Origin: Chlorokybus atmophyticus
Lineage: Eukaryota; Plantae; Mesostigma and Chlorokybus algae
Assembly: GCA_009103225.1 (NCBI GenBank)
Contig: RHPI01000026.1
Coordinates: 877,103-941,102 of the forward strand
Reading direction: 5' to 3'
Length of the DNA stretch: 64,000 nt
In this document: piece after piece, positions 53,240 through 64,000 of the stretch
Position numbering within the stretch: the stretch's first letter is position 1
How the letters are laid out: each line of letters begins with the position of its first letter
Made by a program: the position numbers and the translations under genes
The notes under the pieces: generated by a model
Told to the model about the DNA's origin: nothing
Databases searched by the model: none
What the model saw: the letters and a program-made list of their open reading frames with translations, nothing else

Positions 53240-53808
53240 GCTTTCCAATCACCAAAGTGCAAGCACACAAACACTCACTCAAGCACATCAGCAGCTTACG
53301 CCACATGGGCACTTCAATTACTTGTGCCAGGGCCTACACAAATTGTGTGCTGTAATTAAGTGTGAATGATGTGGGGGCGAGGGCGGGGTTAGCAGCAGTA
53401 GCAGGGCAGGGGATAGGCAAGAAGTGCAAGCAAGCAGACCTGCGTGCATAGATGCCAGGGTCAGGCCTCGTTTGTCTACACGCTCGACAGCAACAGTAAC
53501 AGCAGCAGAAAGGGGGCGAAGGTGTGGCGGGAGGGGAGTGCTGTGTTGTGCAATGCGAATGCTGTGGCTATGGCGGCCGGCCATGCTGTTATAGTGGGCC
53601 TCCGCGGGGCTTAGTAAGACTAGGGCTCAGCCTTGCTGCGGTAGTGAGTCTTGTGTGGCATGGCTGCAGGCCATTATGGTTATCGTTGTCCAACAAGGTA
53701 GTTATGGATATCAATGCATGCACCAGGTCAGTTAGCAGCAGCAGACCCAATCAGTAACAGCAGTTGAGTTAGTGGTTGGTCACGCATTGTAGTTGACGAA
53801 AGTCATGT
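53240..53808. repeat. ~570-bp dispersed repeat, copy 2
   Basis: Homologous to 43175-43731; lies about 60 bp from a (CT)n tract. Confidence 0.85.
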
Positions 53809-53871
53809 ATGCGCTGTGCTTGTATATGATGTTATGGCTGCGTGAGTTCGCATGTATTTTATGCCTGTGAA

Positions 53872-53903
<32 letters not shown>

Positions 53904-53916
53904 TCTCTCTCTCTCT
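53872..53916. repeat. (CT)n microsatellite
   Basis: About 22 CT units. Confidence 0.95.
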
Positions 53917-54720
53917 GCTGATGCATGTGTCTCGCACAATCTTTTTTAATTATGGTTATTGCCTGCGTGCATGCATGCCACGTGTGCTAGCATACGCATT
54001 GTGCATACCGGAGCAATCTCAACTACTCTGGGTATACACAAAGCAAACATGTTCTGCTTGATACACGGAACGGTACATCATCATGTCACATCAGCGTCTG
54101 CGGGCTGCCGCAGCTGCAATTTGCAGCCTGCAAACGACGGGCGTTTATGCGACGCGTCTCGCGGGGAGCCAGGCGTACCTCAACCTCGCTCAACCGCCGC
54201 CACACGGGCGTGCAGCTCGGGACGCGCGGCGCGCCACGTCATTTGCAGTCCCACCATCGTAACGCGAGTTACGCTTCAGTCGGTTGGGAGCAGCCAGCAG
54301 CCTGGCTCGGAGTAGCGGGGCATGCATTGGGCCACGATACCTGCATATCTGGCGCGATCGCAGCCCGCCACGTAACGCCCTCATTTGGCTGCACTCTGCT
54401 TGCGCCGGTTACGCTTTCGCTGCGCTGCAGGCGGCAAGCAGCCAGTAGGAATTTTTTGCTTGAGCATTTTTAATTCTGCCTGCTGTGTCAGTCGCCGCCG
54501 CCTCCGCCTGCTAGGGTTTTACTGCCACGTGGCAGCTGGAGGTCTCTCCTGCGCCGCCGGGCTTGGCGGACAGCGACGAGCAGGAAGAGGAGCAGGGGAG
54601 AGGCAGCTTGGAACTTGGCACAAGTGTGTTTAGTTTGGATGCGACTGGTCTGGTCTGGCCTCTCTCGTAGGTGAAGCTTGTTTGTGTCGTTCCCCTGCTT
54701 AGATAGCACAATACAAGCCC

Positions 54721-56597
54721 ATGCTCGGTAACGAGGGTCAGGAGGCGCAAGCAGCTGCTGTTGCTGCGGCTCAGCTGCTGCCGCCGCAACAGCAGCTTCA
54801 GCAGCAGCAACAACAACAAGTAGAACCAAAGCAACCACAGCAGGCGCCGCATGAGCAGCCATCAGCTGCTTCTCCAACACAACAGCATTCTTCTACCCGT
54901 CAACCTGTACAGCTAATACCGCACTCACAGCAGCCGAGGCCGCAGCAGCCGCTGCCGCTGAGGCCGCCTGCAGTGCTGCAGGCCGCCGCACAGTCTGGTC
55001 AGGCTTCCCCCTTCCTCCCGTACATTCCATTTATACCTCCCGGCGCCCAACCCGCAGGCCACATCAAGCAAGGTGCATAGTACTCTTTCTCTCTCGTTGT
55101 GCGTATGTGTTGGTGTTGTGCATGACAAGCTTTGTTACTTCTTTACCGTTCTTTCCTTGACAAGTCCATTGCGTGTGGTTTTCGGTTGGGTAATGTGAAT
55201 GAGCATGCAAAGCGGTTTGCTGCAAGGACTGAATGCTGTTGGCGGGGTGAGTTGGATGCGCATGTCTAAAGCCACCAACATGGGCATGATCTATTAATAG
55301 CGGTCGTGCACGTTGCATGGTGTTGTTGTGCATTTCGGGGTTGCGTCGGATTGGCAACACACTGAGTGATTTGTTACTTTTGCATTAACAATTTGTAGTG
55401 TTGGATGGGGAGAATGCAGTTTTTCTTCACGTCCACATAAGTCCATTGAGTTCTGCACAAGCACACCTTGCAACCACACCTTGCACTTCATGAGTACTGT
55501 GCTTCAAGGGGAGGTACACACGCACATAAGCACATACAAACCAATCTTGTTGTGTGGTGTGCCCTTCAGGTGTGTTCTACCCTCTCGCTCCACCTCACAC
55601 ATACGGAGGCAAGGACCCCCCCACGGCGCTGGCAACAGTCACAGGGCGGTTGCATGCAGTGTCGCCTGGCAACAAGCAACAACTGCCCCTTTCCTCAAAC
55701 ACGAGCCCAAAAACCCCAGCGGCCCCCGCTGCTTCCCCCGCGCGCGCAATCCCCACATCAGCTGCAGCTGCTCCCTCATCATTGCATAGCAACCCCATGG
55801 CGGTACAGTCCCCCACCACACCTCCCTCACGTAAGCCGATAGTGTAAGGTGTAAGGCAGGGTGGTCTTGTCATGTTTGCGGGTGCTGTTGGTCGGATGTT
55901 TCTCATTTGTTGTGGGTGCTGCCATGCAGAGCGTTCAAATGGTGCAGCAACTCAGCCCACAACAATTTCACCTTCTGCCGCAAACACGGGTTCGGCCACA
56001 GCCAACGGCAACAACAAGCGTGGCAATCCCGCCACTCAGAAAGATGCGCGTGTTGCCAAGATGAAGCGGATCGAAGACGAAAAGGTGTCTTGCTGACTGT
56101 GCTTGCGCGCACCCCACATGCACACGTGTGTTGTGTGCGTGTGTGCAATTTGATAGGCATTGGGTCCTTGCCTCGGTCGGTTGGTTCTGCGTCAAAAGCG
56201 CGTCTCTGTTTAAGAGTTGGTAAGCGCTGACTCTCGCAGGAACGAAAGCGGTTGAAGCGGCTATTACGCAACAGAGTCTCCGCGCAGCAGGCTAGAGAGC
56301 GCAAGAAGGCATACATGGGCACCCTTGAGGGCAAGTCCAAGGATCTTGAAGCTCAGAACGCCGCCCTCCTCGCTCGCGTCGCACAGCTGCAGAATGAAAA
56401 CAACATGCTACGTAACGTAAGCGCCTTGTACTCATGCAGGTCATCTGTACAGCTGTCACTCTTGTACTTACGGTTACCTTCTTGTGCGTGAACAGATTGT
56501 CAAGAACACCACGGCCAAGCCGGCTGTTGATGAGGCCGGAGCGCAGGCGCAGTCGGATATATCGCAGGCCGCGCAGCAGCAAGGGCAGACTGCTTAA
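54721..56597 (+). CDS. HY5: HY5-like bZIP transcription factor with Q/P-rich N-terminus, 5 exons
   Basis: [27 protein letters not shown]...KDLE..N..L..RV..LQNEN.MLRN|IVKNTT closely matches the HY5/HYH bZIP; the phases of the four introns are consistent. Confidence 0.88.
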
Positions 56598-58002
56598 TGC
56601 TGGATGCTTTCTTGGGTTCCTAAATGCTTGCTGCTAGGCAAGAGATTGTTTGTAGTGGACGCAGCCTTGCGCGCGCAAGGCGTTTCCAGACATGTGTAGG
56701 TATCAGTGCTGGTGAGTGGGGATTGCTTCACTTTGCAGGTTGACCAATATTGTGGTCACAGTGGTACAGCATCCATCTTGCTTGTTTTGAAAGCAACCTT
56801 GCTTGTATTGTAAGCAACATTGCTTGCAGTCGCTGAAAGACGATCTGATTGATATCAGAGAGCGCGTGTAACCTGCTTCTGGTGTACCGGGTGCTCCATC
56901 ATGTGTACTGTCTGTTGCATCACAGGTTGCAACCAAGTGCATTGCGCAAGGGGAGCAGTAGTTGGCATTGCGCCAGCATCCCAACAACTGCAACAAGTAG
57001 CAACGAGGTTGTACATATGGATATGCGCGAGACAATTGTGTGTGGGATGGATACATCAACATGTGTCAACATATATTAGCACACATGAGTGCTTGTCTGT
57101 GATTCTTGCTTCCATTGTGTTCACGCTGATGTTGGTCATTTCATGATATTCTGCTGTACCTAAGTGCATTTCACAAATATACGCATGGTTGGACCTGTCG
57201 GAATCCCGCTCTGGAGTGTACAATACATGCAAGGCTATGCTTATACACTTGTGGCAGGATAACTTACGCGCATTTGCCAATTTAGCGATGTTGATGATTC
57301 TGTGATACCGTCTTAAGACATTTAATACTCAATGCCACAAGTCGCTCTCAGTTAATGAACATGGTATGCTTTATTGTTATGGTCACTTTTACAATAGCAG
57401 TAATGGTTGATGTGATGTAAAGTTCATGTGGCATGATTTGCCGAACTCTTATGTCAATCAATTGCTGACAATCCATTGTAGCAAGCGTGCCTGTGTGCGT
57501 GAATGCGTGCACTGGTCACTCGTGATGATGTTGCTGAAACTCTCGCTCTCTATTACATCAACACAACGCCAGGCCACAGCGGCGTTCGTCCATACCTATC
57601 AACCCCACTACACAACACACACCGCATGCACACAGCACCACGGGTAACACCAGCCGCTAGCAGTAGGCAATGTCCGCGGTACACACGATCACGCCGCCCC
57701 AGCCAGCGCTGCGTCCGCCTTGCTGGAAAGCATGCATTCTTCTCCTTGCGTTGTTGTTGCTCACGCTAGTAGTGACAACCAACCTCTCAAAAACAGTAAT
57801 CACAACATAAGGTCGCAGCCCCAATGCAATGTTGGTCATGCAAACATCCGGCGTGTCCTCATGGCGGGTCGAATAGTAAGCAGGCATGTCATAAGCGCCA
57901 ATCTAGGTCAACAAGTTGACAATATCCGGAGCAGTAGGCTTCTACGGGTGCTTCGCCGAATCTGAAGATTGTTTGCAAGCGATATGCAGGTTCTATCTAG
58001 CT

Positions 58003-59400
58003 TCAAACGGAATCCAACTGCTCCTGTAGTTGACTTGATGGCCGCAATTCATGCACCTTTCTTGGCATTCGTTGCAAGTTCTCAGGTACCTGCTCAAAGG
58101 AAAGATCTGGCTTCGTAAGCAACTGCATGTGCTCATGTAGAAACCGTGCCTGATGACAATAGGCTTCTGATGGTGTAAGATTGGCCCAAAACAGCAGCTG
58201 TTGATGCTCTGAACCATCTTCTGGAATGTGCAGTTGCAGAAGGTGGTGCACTGCACCATCCGTCACGTCGAGGAGGGGTGGGAAGTTATTGGCGGCACAG
58301 GCTCCAAGTAAGGTTATGATAGCTTCACCTCTGACGCGGTCGTAGCTAAGGACATCGCCGTCACCCTAAGCAAGAAAGCATATGTAATTTATGCAACAAC
58401 CTGGTTACGCCCCCCCTCCCCCCTTACCCCCCTCCCGCGCTGCAGCAATATGCGGACAGTACCAACATATGAGCTTTACCTGACGTCTGTGTAGATAGGC
58501 AATGCGGCATTGGCATGTGGCGCCGCTTGTGGTCAGACCGAACGGTGCGAGGCATGCATCGGCCATGCCACTATACACAGTACTCTCATGCTGAATCTCC
58601 CACAACTGGTCGCTCACTTGATGAACATCATACAATGCGTACCCGCCTTGACCAAACGGTACATGGAATTTCTTCAGCTGCTGTTCATGGTACAGCAACA
58701 GATGAGGAGCAACTTCGTTCATTGGCAGAGTTGGAGAAGTTGAACCGACCCCTGCCTTCACAACAACGAGGTCTTGCGTCAGTCTCCAGCACCACGTGAA
58801 AGTCTTTAGCCGGGTGATGACCCACACGCATGCATCAAGTGCATGCATTGCGTTAGGAATAGAAGCATGACTCATCGCAGCCTCCGACAACAAGCCTCGT
58901 TCACACCATGACAACTTGCTGCAAGTTCAGATACTCAGCTGCTTGAACGCAAGGCATCATGTGCAACAATTCAAGCCTGTGGGGATCTCCACTCAAATAG
59001 ACGAGGAGGTGAACGAGTGTCTGTTGACAGTGTATGTACCAACACAGACAGCCACGTACCTTTTCAATGCTCTGCTCTGCTGCGCTGCGCTGCTGATCTT
59101 GGAGTAGTAGCATCTCTGTCTGACGTAGCGCAGCTAGCGCTGCAACAAGAGAAGCTTTCTGTTGTTGCAGCGCTACCAGCCTCAACATAACCAGTGTCTT
59201 CTCCTCTCTGTTGGGCTCCGCTGGCATGCTCTCAAGCTGTTTGTGAAGCCTCGCCATAGTTGTCGAGCATGCCTGCGCTTGTTCCTCAACAGCTTGGATT
59301 TCGGTGGCAACATCGGCAGAAGCGGTGGAGGCCATCATTGTAATCTGCATGTGCCAGGCAGCAAACGCTGTAAGCAATGCTTGACTGGCAAGCTGGCCAT
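58003..59400 (-). pseudogene. Probable degenerate Crinkler-related protein (coiled-coil header + REase-like domain)
   Basis: Coiled-coil exon (TEIQAVEEQ...LVAALAALRQTEMLLLQ) followed by YSGMADACLAPFGL...QCRIAYLHRRQ, recalled as resembling algal CR-REase motifs; no continuous frame assembled. Confidence 0.35.
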
Positions 59401-61105
59401 ACTTGACCACTGTGTACCGCATGAACACTCGGAACACCACATTATTTAAGCTGATTACTGCCAACAAACAATGATTTGTAAAAACGCAGAGCATGGGAAC
59501 GCATGCGTGTGCATAGGGTTTGCAAATCAACGAGAACACAGCAACCCAGCTTCCAGAACAGTAAGCTGCGCAAACACCCATGCTATGCTGCATCAAACGC
59601 TATAAGCAGATGCTACACAAGCTTACTACAGTCACCACTGCGCACCGGTGGTTACACAACGCAACGCTACTTGTCAAGCTGACTACAACCAGCAAATAAG
59701 GAATGAAGAACATGGGCTTGCATGCGTGTGTATAGGGCTTGCGAACCGACCAGAACACAGCGACAGAGCTTGCAGGACAGTTGCGCAAAGAGCAACGCTG
59801 TGCTTTGCCAACACTCACCCTCAAGCCCTAAATGTAGCTACGGCTGAGCTCTGCGCACAGGCCGTTGCGTCTTCACCAAGCGCTGTTCCGCCCTCAAGCC
59901 GCCAACAAGCGGAGCGTTGTGCCTGGAGAAGGCGGAGGCATGGGGCGGCCTATCGCGAGTTGCCCCCCGTCAGAACGTACATGAACGAGCGACTCGCTCA
60001 TTTTCATCTCGCCCCGAGGGACGATGGGCATGGGATGATTATGGAACTGCACATTCTACGGGAGGAGTAGAACGATTGACAGTGTGACAGTCTGACACTG
60101 TTGAATATACTACGTGCATATTCTCGTACACTGTCTCATCGTCACAACCGGCAAGTTGATTGTGGATCGTGGAGGCTGCAAGGGCATTCATCATTACATA
60201 CCATCATTGCATACCACTACGGGTACATGCAGTGTCAAGTACAAGCGTGCAAGGATGTATGTACATACAATGCAAGATGCGTACAGGATAAGCGCGAGGC
60301 TGTTACAAACGAATGTGCCAGAGTGCATGCTGTGCATACCGGTGGAATTTACTAGTACAGCAATATCGTCATAAAAAGCTACGCACTGTCAGCCATGCCT
60401 ATCACACTGCACACAGCAAACTCACACGCACGCACGCCTACACATCTACACGGCTGCAGCCGCATACCAGGTAGTCAGAATCAACATCTGCACAGCAATA
60501 ACATTGCAACACCAAATATGGGGGAATTGTGCCACACGGTGTTGTGCGCAGTGCATTTGCACTGGTTGATTGCAATGTGAATGTGATTGGTTTCTACCTG
60601 GCGACAGTACATGTATAATCCCATACAGTCATTCTACAATGCGCAACCTATCATATCTTGTAGTTTATGGGCTGTACTTGTTTAACCGTCTAGTATTGCA
60701 ATTATGGGGTTTAATCCTACCTACGCATTGCCTATCTGTAATTGAGCCTATGAGAAATACTTGTGCACAAGTCTTTGTAAAGATATTAAGCGTATTGCAA
60801 CACAGAACTGCGCATACCCTGTACACGAGCCATGTCATCCAGAACTTTGGGGCCCGTCAGGCCCCTCCCCTGCCCCTGATGCAGATGCATGCCAGTCCAT
60901 CGCACACCACGCTGGCATGGTGTGACGACCTGAACTTGACTGTGCACAACCAGGCCATGATGTGTGCCAACACAACCAGGTGCCAACAAAAACCAAATTT
61001 TGTATTAGTTCTCCTGGTGGCACTTCCCGTGCCAGACGCAATCTATGCACATACCGCTACAGACGCCCATGCAGACCATAAGAGGCGTGAGAACAATGTA
61101 TACCA

Positions 61106-63272
61106 TTACACGCGCGTGGACGCATGCTGCAAAGCCGCAGACATGCCCTCGCTTCTGAGGCGGTTGGCACCATCGCTCCCTCGGAACCGCGAGTACACCA
61201 TCTTGAGCACCCAGAAGGAGAAGAGCACCTCGCTGCCCCAGAGCACGCAGCCCACGATGTACATGATGCCGATGGTGGTGTTCGCCCCGAGCACGTTGAT
61301 GAGGGTGAAAATGCCGGTGAGGGACTTGCCGCCGCTAAGAATGATGGGCGGCGCGATAAACGCATACACGCACCACGCGATGTGCACCATGTACATGCAG
61401 AAAAAGATGCTGTACGTCACCGCACGGTCCCTCCTCGCGGCATTGTACAGCCGCTTGTACCAAAGCCAGTACGCGCCGGGGATGCCAATGACCATGAAAG
61501 CCAGAGCGAGAAACCACCCGCCCACACCGGGGCTGCCCGCATTCATCGTAAGCGCCGCACTGACCGAGGCGATGTTCCACACGAAGCACAAGATCAGCAG
61601 CAGGTATGTGAAGAAGCACATCCGGACCATCGCGCGGTGCTCCGAGGGGATGTCTGCCGCAATGTCATGGTGCACCATCGGGAAGCACGGCGGCCAGTTC
61701 TTCTTGTCCTTAACAGGGCCCGCCTCAGTCTCGCGCTTCTTCAGCTCTGCTTCCCGCTTCTTCAGCTCGGCCTCCTTAGCGCGCAGCTCCTTCTCCTTTG
61801 CAACATCGGCCTTACTCTGCAGCGCACACACAGACAAGTTAGCTCAACCCTTTTCTTTGCAACAACGAGCACAATGCAAACATGTTTGGGATAAGGAGTG
61901 CAAGTGTGAGGAGCAACAATGACAAACACAACTCAGCATAATCAGATACATGCTGTCTTTCAGTAAACTGACGTGGGCAGACAAAGAACCATGTAGCACC
62001 TGACTCCACCATCACCAATACACAACACCAAATACAACATAGTGTCCCCAATCCTATTGTATGCCAATCATCCGACACATCTTGGTGAATACAATTATGG
62101 GTATACCTTATCACTTTGTACCAGCTATACAGAACGCAGACAACAGTGGTATGCTCGTCACATTCAACCAGAGCACCCCTCACCTTGGATCCTGGAAACG
62201 CAGCTGGTCCAGCTGCGCCAGATGGCCCCGGCACCGCTTGCACTGGCTGAACTTCCGACACCACAGGAGTGACACCATTCTGGTCTATTGGCTACAAGCA
62301 AAGTTTGATTGGTATCAGAGTCAACACCGACTGTACAAGGCAACGACAGCTTCTATTGACTAGACTATATACGACCTTATCCACAGCAACATGCACAGGT
62401 TGCATGCACACAATGAGACCTAATTTGCTCCGTTGCGCAAAATCACTACCGTCACAGACCTGTCGGTAGAATGGATTGTCGTTGGTGGGGACGGGTGCTG
62501 TGTATGCGCTGACGGGCTCAGGTTGATATACTTGTGGCGGGTTGTATCCGGTGGTTGTGTGCGCTGTCACTGCCGGGTCCTGCAGGTAGCAAAATGCCCA
62601 TCAAGACAAGCGTGCTTGCGGCATTCTACGCTGTTTTGCAAGTGCTGCTCAGCTTGCCATCCCATGCATAGAGAAAACGGTTGCAAAAGCTCAGATAATG
62701 CTCAAACATGGCTCAGGCCATGGAGCATTCTTTTTAATCAACTGCAACGTTGTCGCCACATTGCATGCACAGTCTGAAATGGCGCGGTAAAGCTTAGCGA
62801 ACCAGATGGGTCAAAACTTCTCATTGATCAATACACGATCCACTGCAGTGGGGCCCCGACGGCATGCAAAAGGGTGCTGCCAGCATGCCTTTCTGCACTG
62901 TGTTGCGCGCAGGTATGTCGTGCTCTTGCAAAGCAGAAGCCAACAATGCGTCGGTACATCAATTAAGCAAAAAACCTGTGTAGGCTTAACTAGCACTAAC
63001 ACTTAACGACTGCGGAGAGCCGATAACAGAGGAAAAGCCAAGGGCACTAGACGGCAAAGCTAAGTGCTCGGGTTGGCAAGAACGAAGCAATGTCAACGAA
63101 CTGCTATCAAGAAGCCATGCTGCCAGAGAGACATGAAGACAGAAGAGAGAACACGCATGCTGAACGAGGTGAAAGTTATGCACGTGCGCACATTGAAAGG
63201 GTTTGGCTCGTAGGAGGGCTCGTCGAAAGGGTTTGCCTCCGCAGCGGAAGGCTTACGGAAGGGGTTCGACAT
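61106..63272 (-). CDS. SCAMP: Secretory carrier-associated membrane protein (SCAMP)
   Basis: N-terminal NPF repeats (MSNPF..ANPF..PNPF, DNPF), ELRAKEAELKKREAELKKRE coiled coil, KNWPPCFPMVHHDIAADIP, four TM segments and WYKRLYNA. Confidence 0.96.
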
Positions 63273-64000
63273 GACGTCGACAGCGGCGGCGGACTACCCT
63301 CTTTACCTGCCCCGTCTACGTCACCAATTCCCTCAAACCGACAAATTTCTTCGCCTACTCCTGCTACCTGTCCTCCGCCTCCGCCTCCGCCTCCGCCTGC
63401 TTGCTGAGCCCGCTAGGTTTTTGGCGCGAGGCACAGTCCAGCTGTCCTGCCCACCGTTTTCGGTTACGCCGTGCCCGGGTCGTGTCTTGGTTACGGTGCA
63501 TGCTGTTTTCTCGCGCGTGCCAAAAAGCGTGCGGGAGGGTGCGTCTCGTGCGTGTTTGTGCGTGCCATGCACAGGGCCAGTGTACAACATACTCTACCAG
63601 TAGGTACTCTCAGAGTTCCTGAACTGCCGGAAGTGACAATGTGTGCTGCTACTGTTGCAGTGCTACACAACATGATGTCATTAGGATGTATTTATTACCA
63701 TATTACAGCTATAAAGAGTAAAGTTGCGTGTGCAAACTAAATAACTACTCAAAGCAACGAGACTGAATTACGGAGATTGCAAGTAGCGCTAGCTAATAGA
63801 CAGTGTGTGGAAACATGTATGTGAGCATTGCACAATATGCATGCGTGAAACTACAACATCGTGATGACATTGATCACGTGTATAAGTTGGCAAGTCAAAA
63901 TTGTTTCAAAGGGGATTCATGCATGCTTTGTACAGTTATTTCCCGTTTGCAATTTATCCAAGTACCTGCAAAAGTGTTCATACATGACGTCAACGTGTGC

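Noticed and set aside
60570-61922. 450-aa and 256-aa plus-strand ORFs
   Set aside because: Antisense shadows of the GC3-rich SCAMP last exon, with no recognisable motifs

Overview
Eukaryotic nuclear DNA from a green alga. The evidence is intron-rich GT-AG genes, the standard genetic code, (TG/CA)-rich introns and TGTAA motifs downstream of stop codons; the species cannot be assigned from sequence alone. Twelve intact multi-exon genes can be assembled: an orphan wHTH/coiled-coil protein, glycerol kinase, NECAP, a thylakoid-targeted histidine phosphatase, KTI12, YOS1, a membrane-anchored thioredoxin, COX17, an NDR kinase, a HARE-HTH+KDM3-type JmjC demethylase, Rab5, and an HY5-like bZIP; SCAMP is a thirteenth. 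Also present are tRNA-Arg(UCU), a probable Crinkler/REase-like relic, two N-gaps and a TE-rich block at about 41-54 kb. That block holds a decayed Penelope-like RT and a decayed Ty3/gypsy chromovirus carrying a possible adenine-methyltransferase-like domain between gag and protease. The most striking signal is two sequence-unrelated families of 511-bp miniature LTR elements (TRIMs) at 28867-29377 and 37453-37963, plus a truncated copy at about 45062-45408. They have 78-93 bp hairpin LTRs, an iMet-type PBS, a PPT and 5-bp TSDs. In both, a tRNA-like D-arm/A-box lies inside the LTR and a T-arm/B-box lies just past the PBS, so a complete tRNA-type Pol III promoter would exist only at the 5' LTR junction. 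Gene coordinates are spans from start to stop, assembled by eye across introns.
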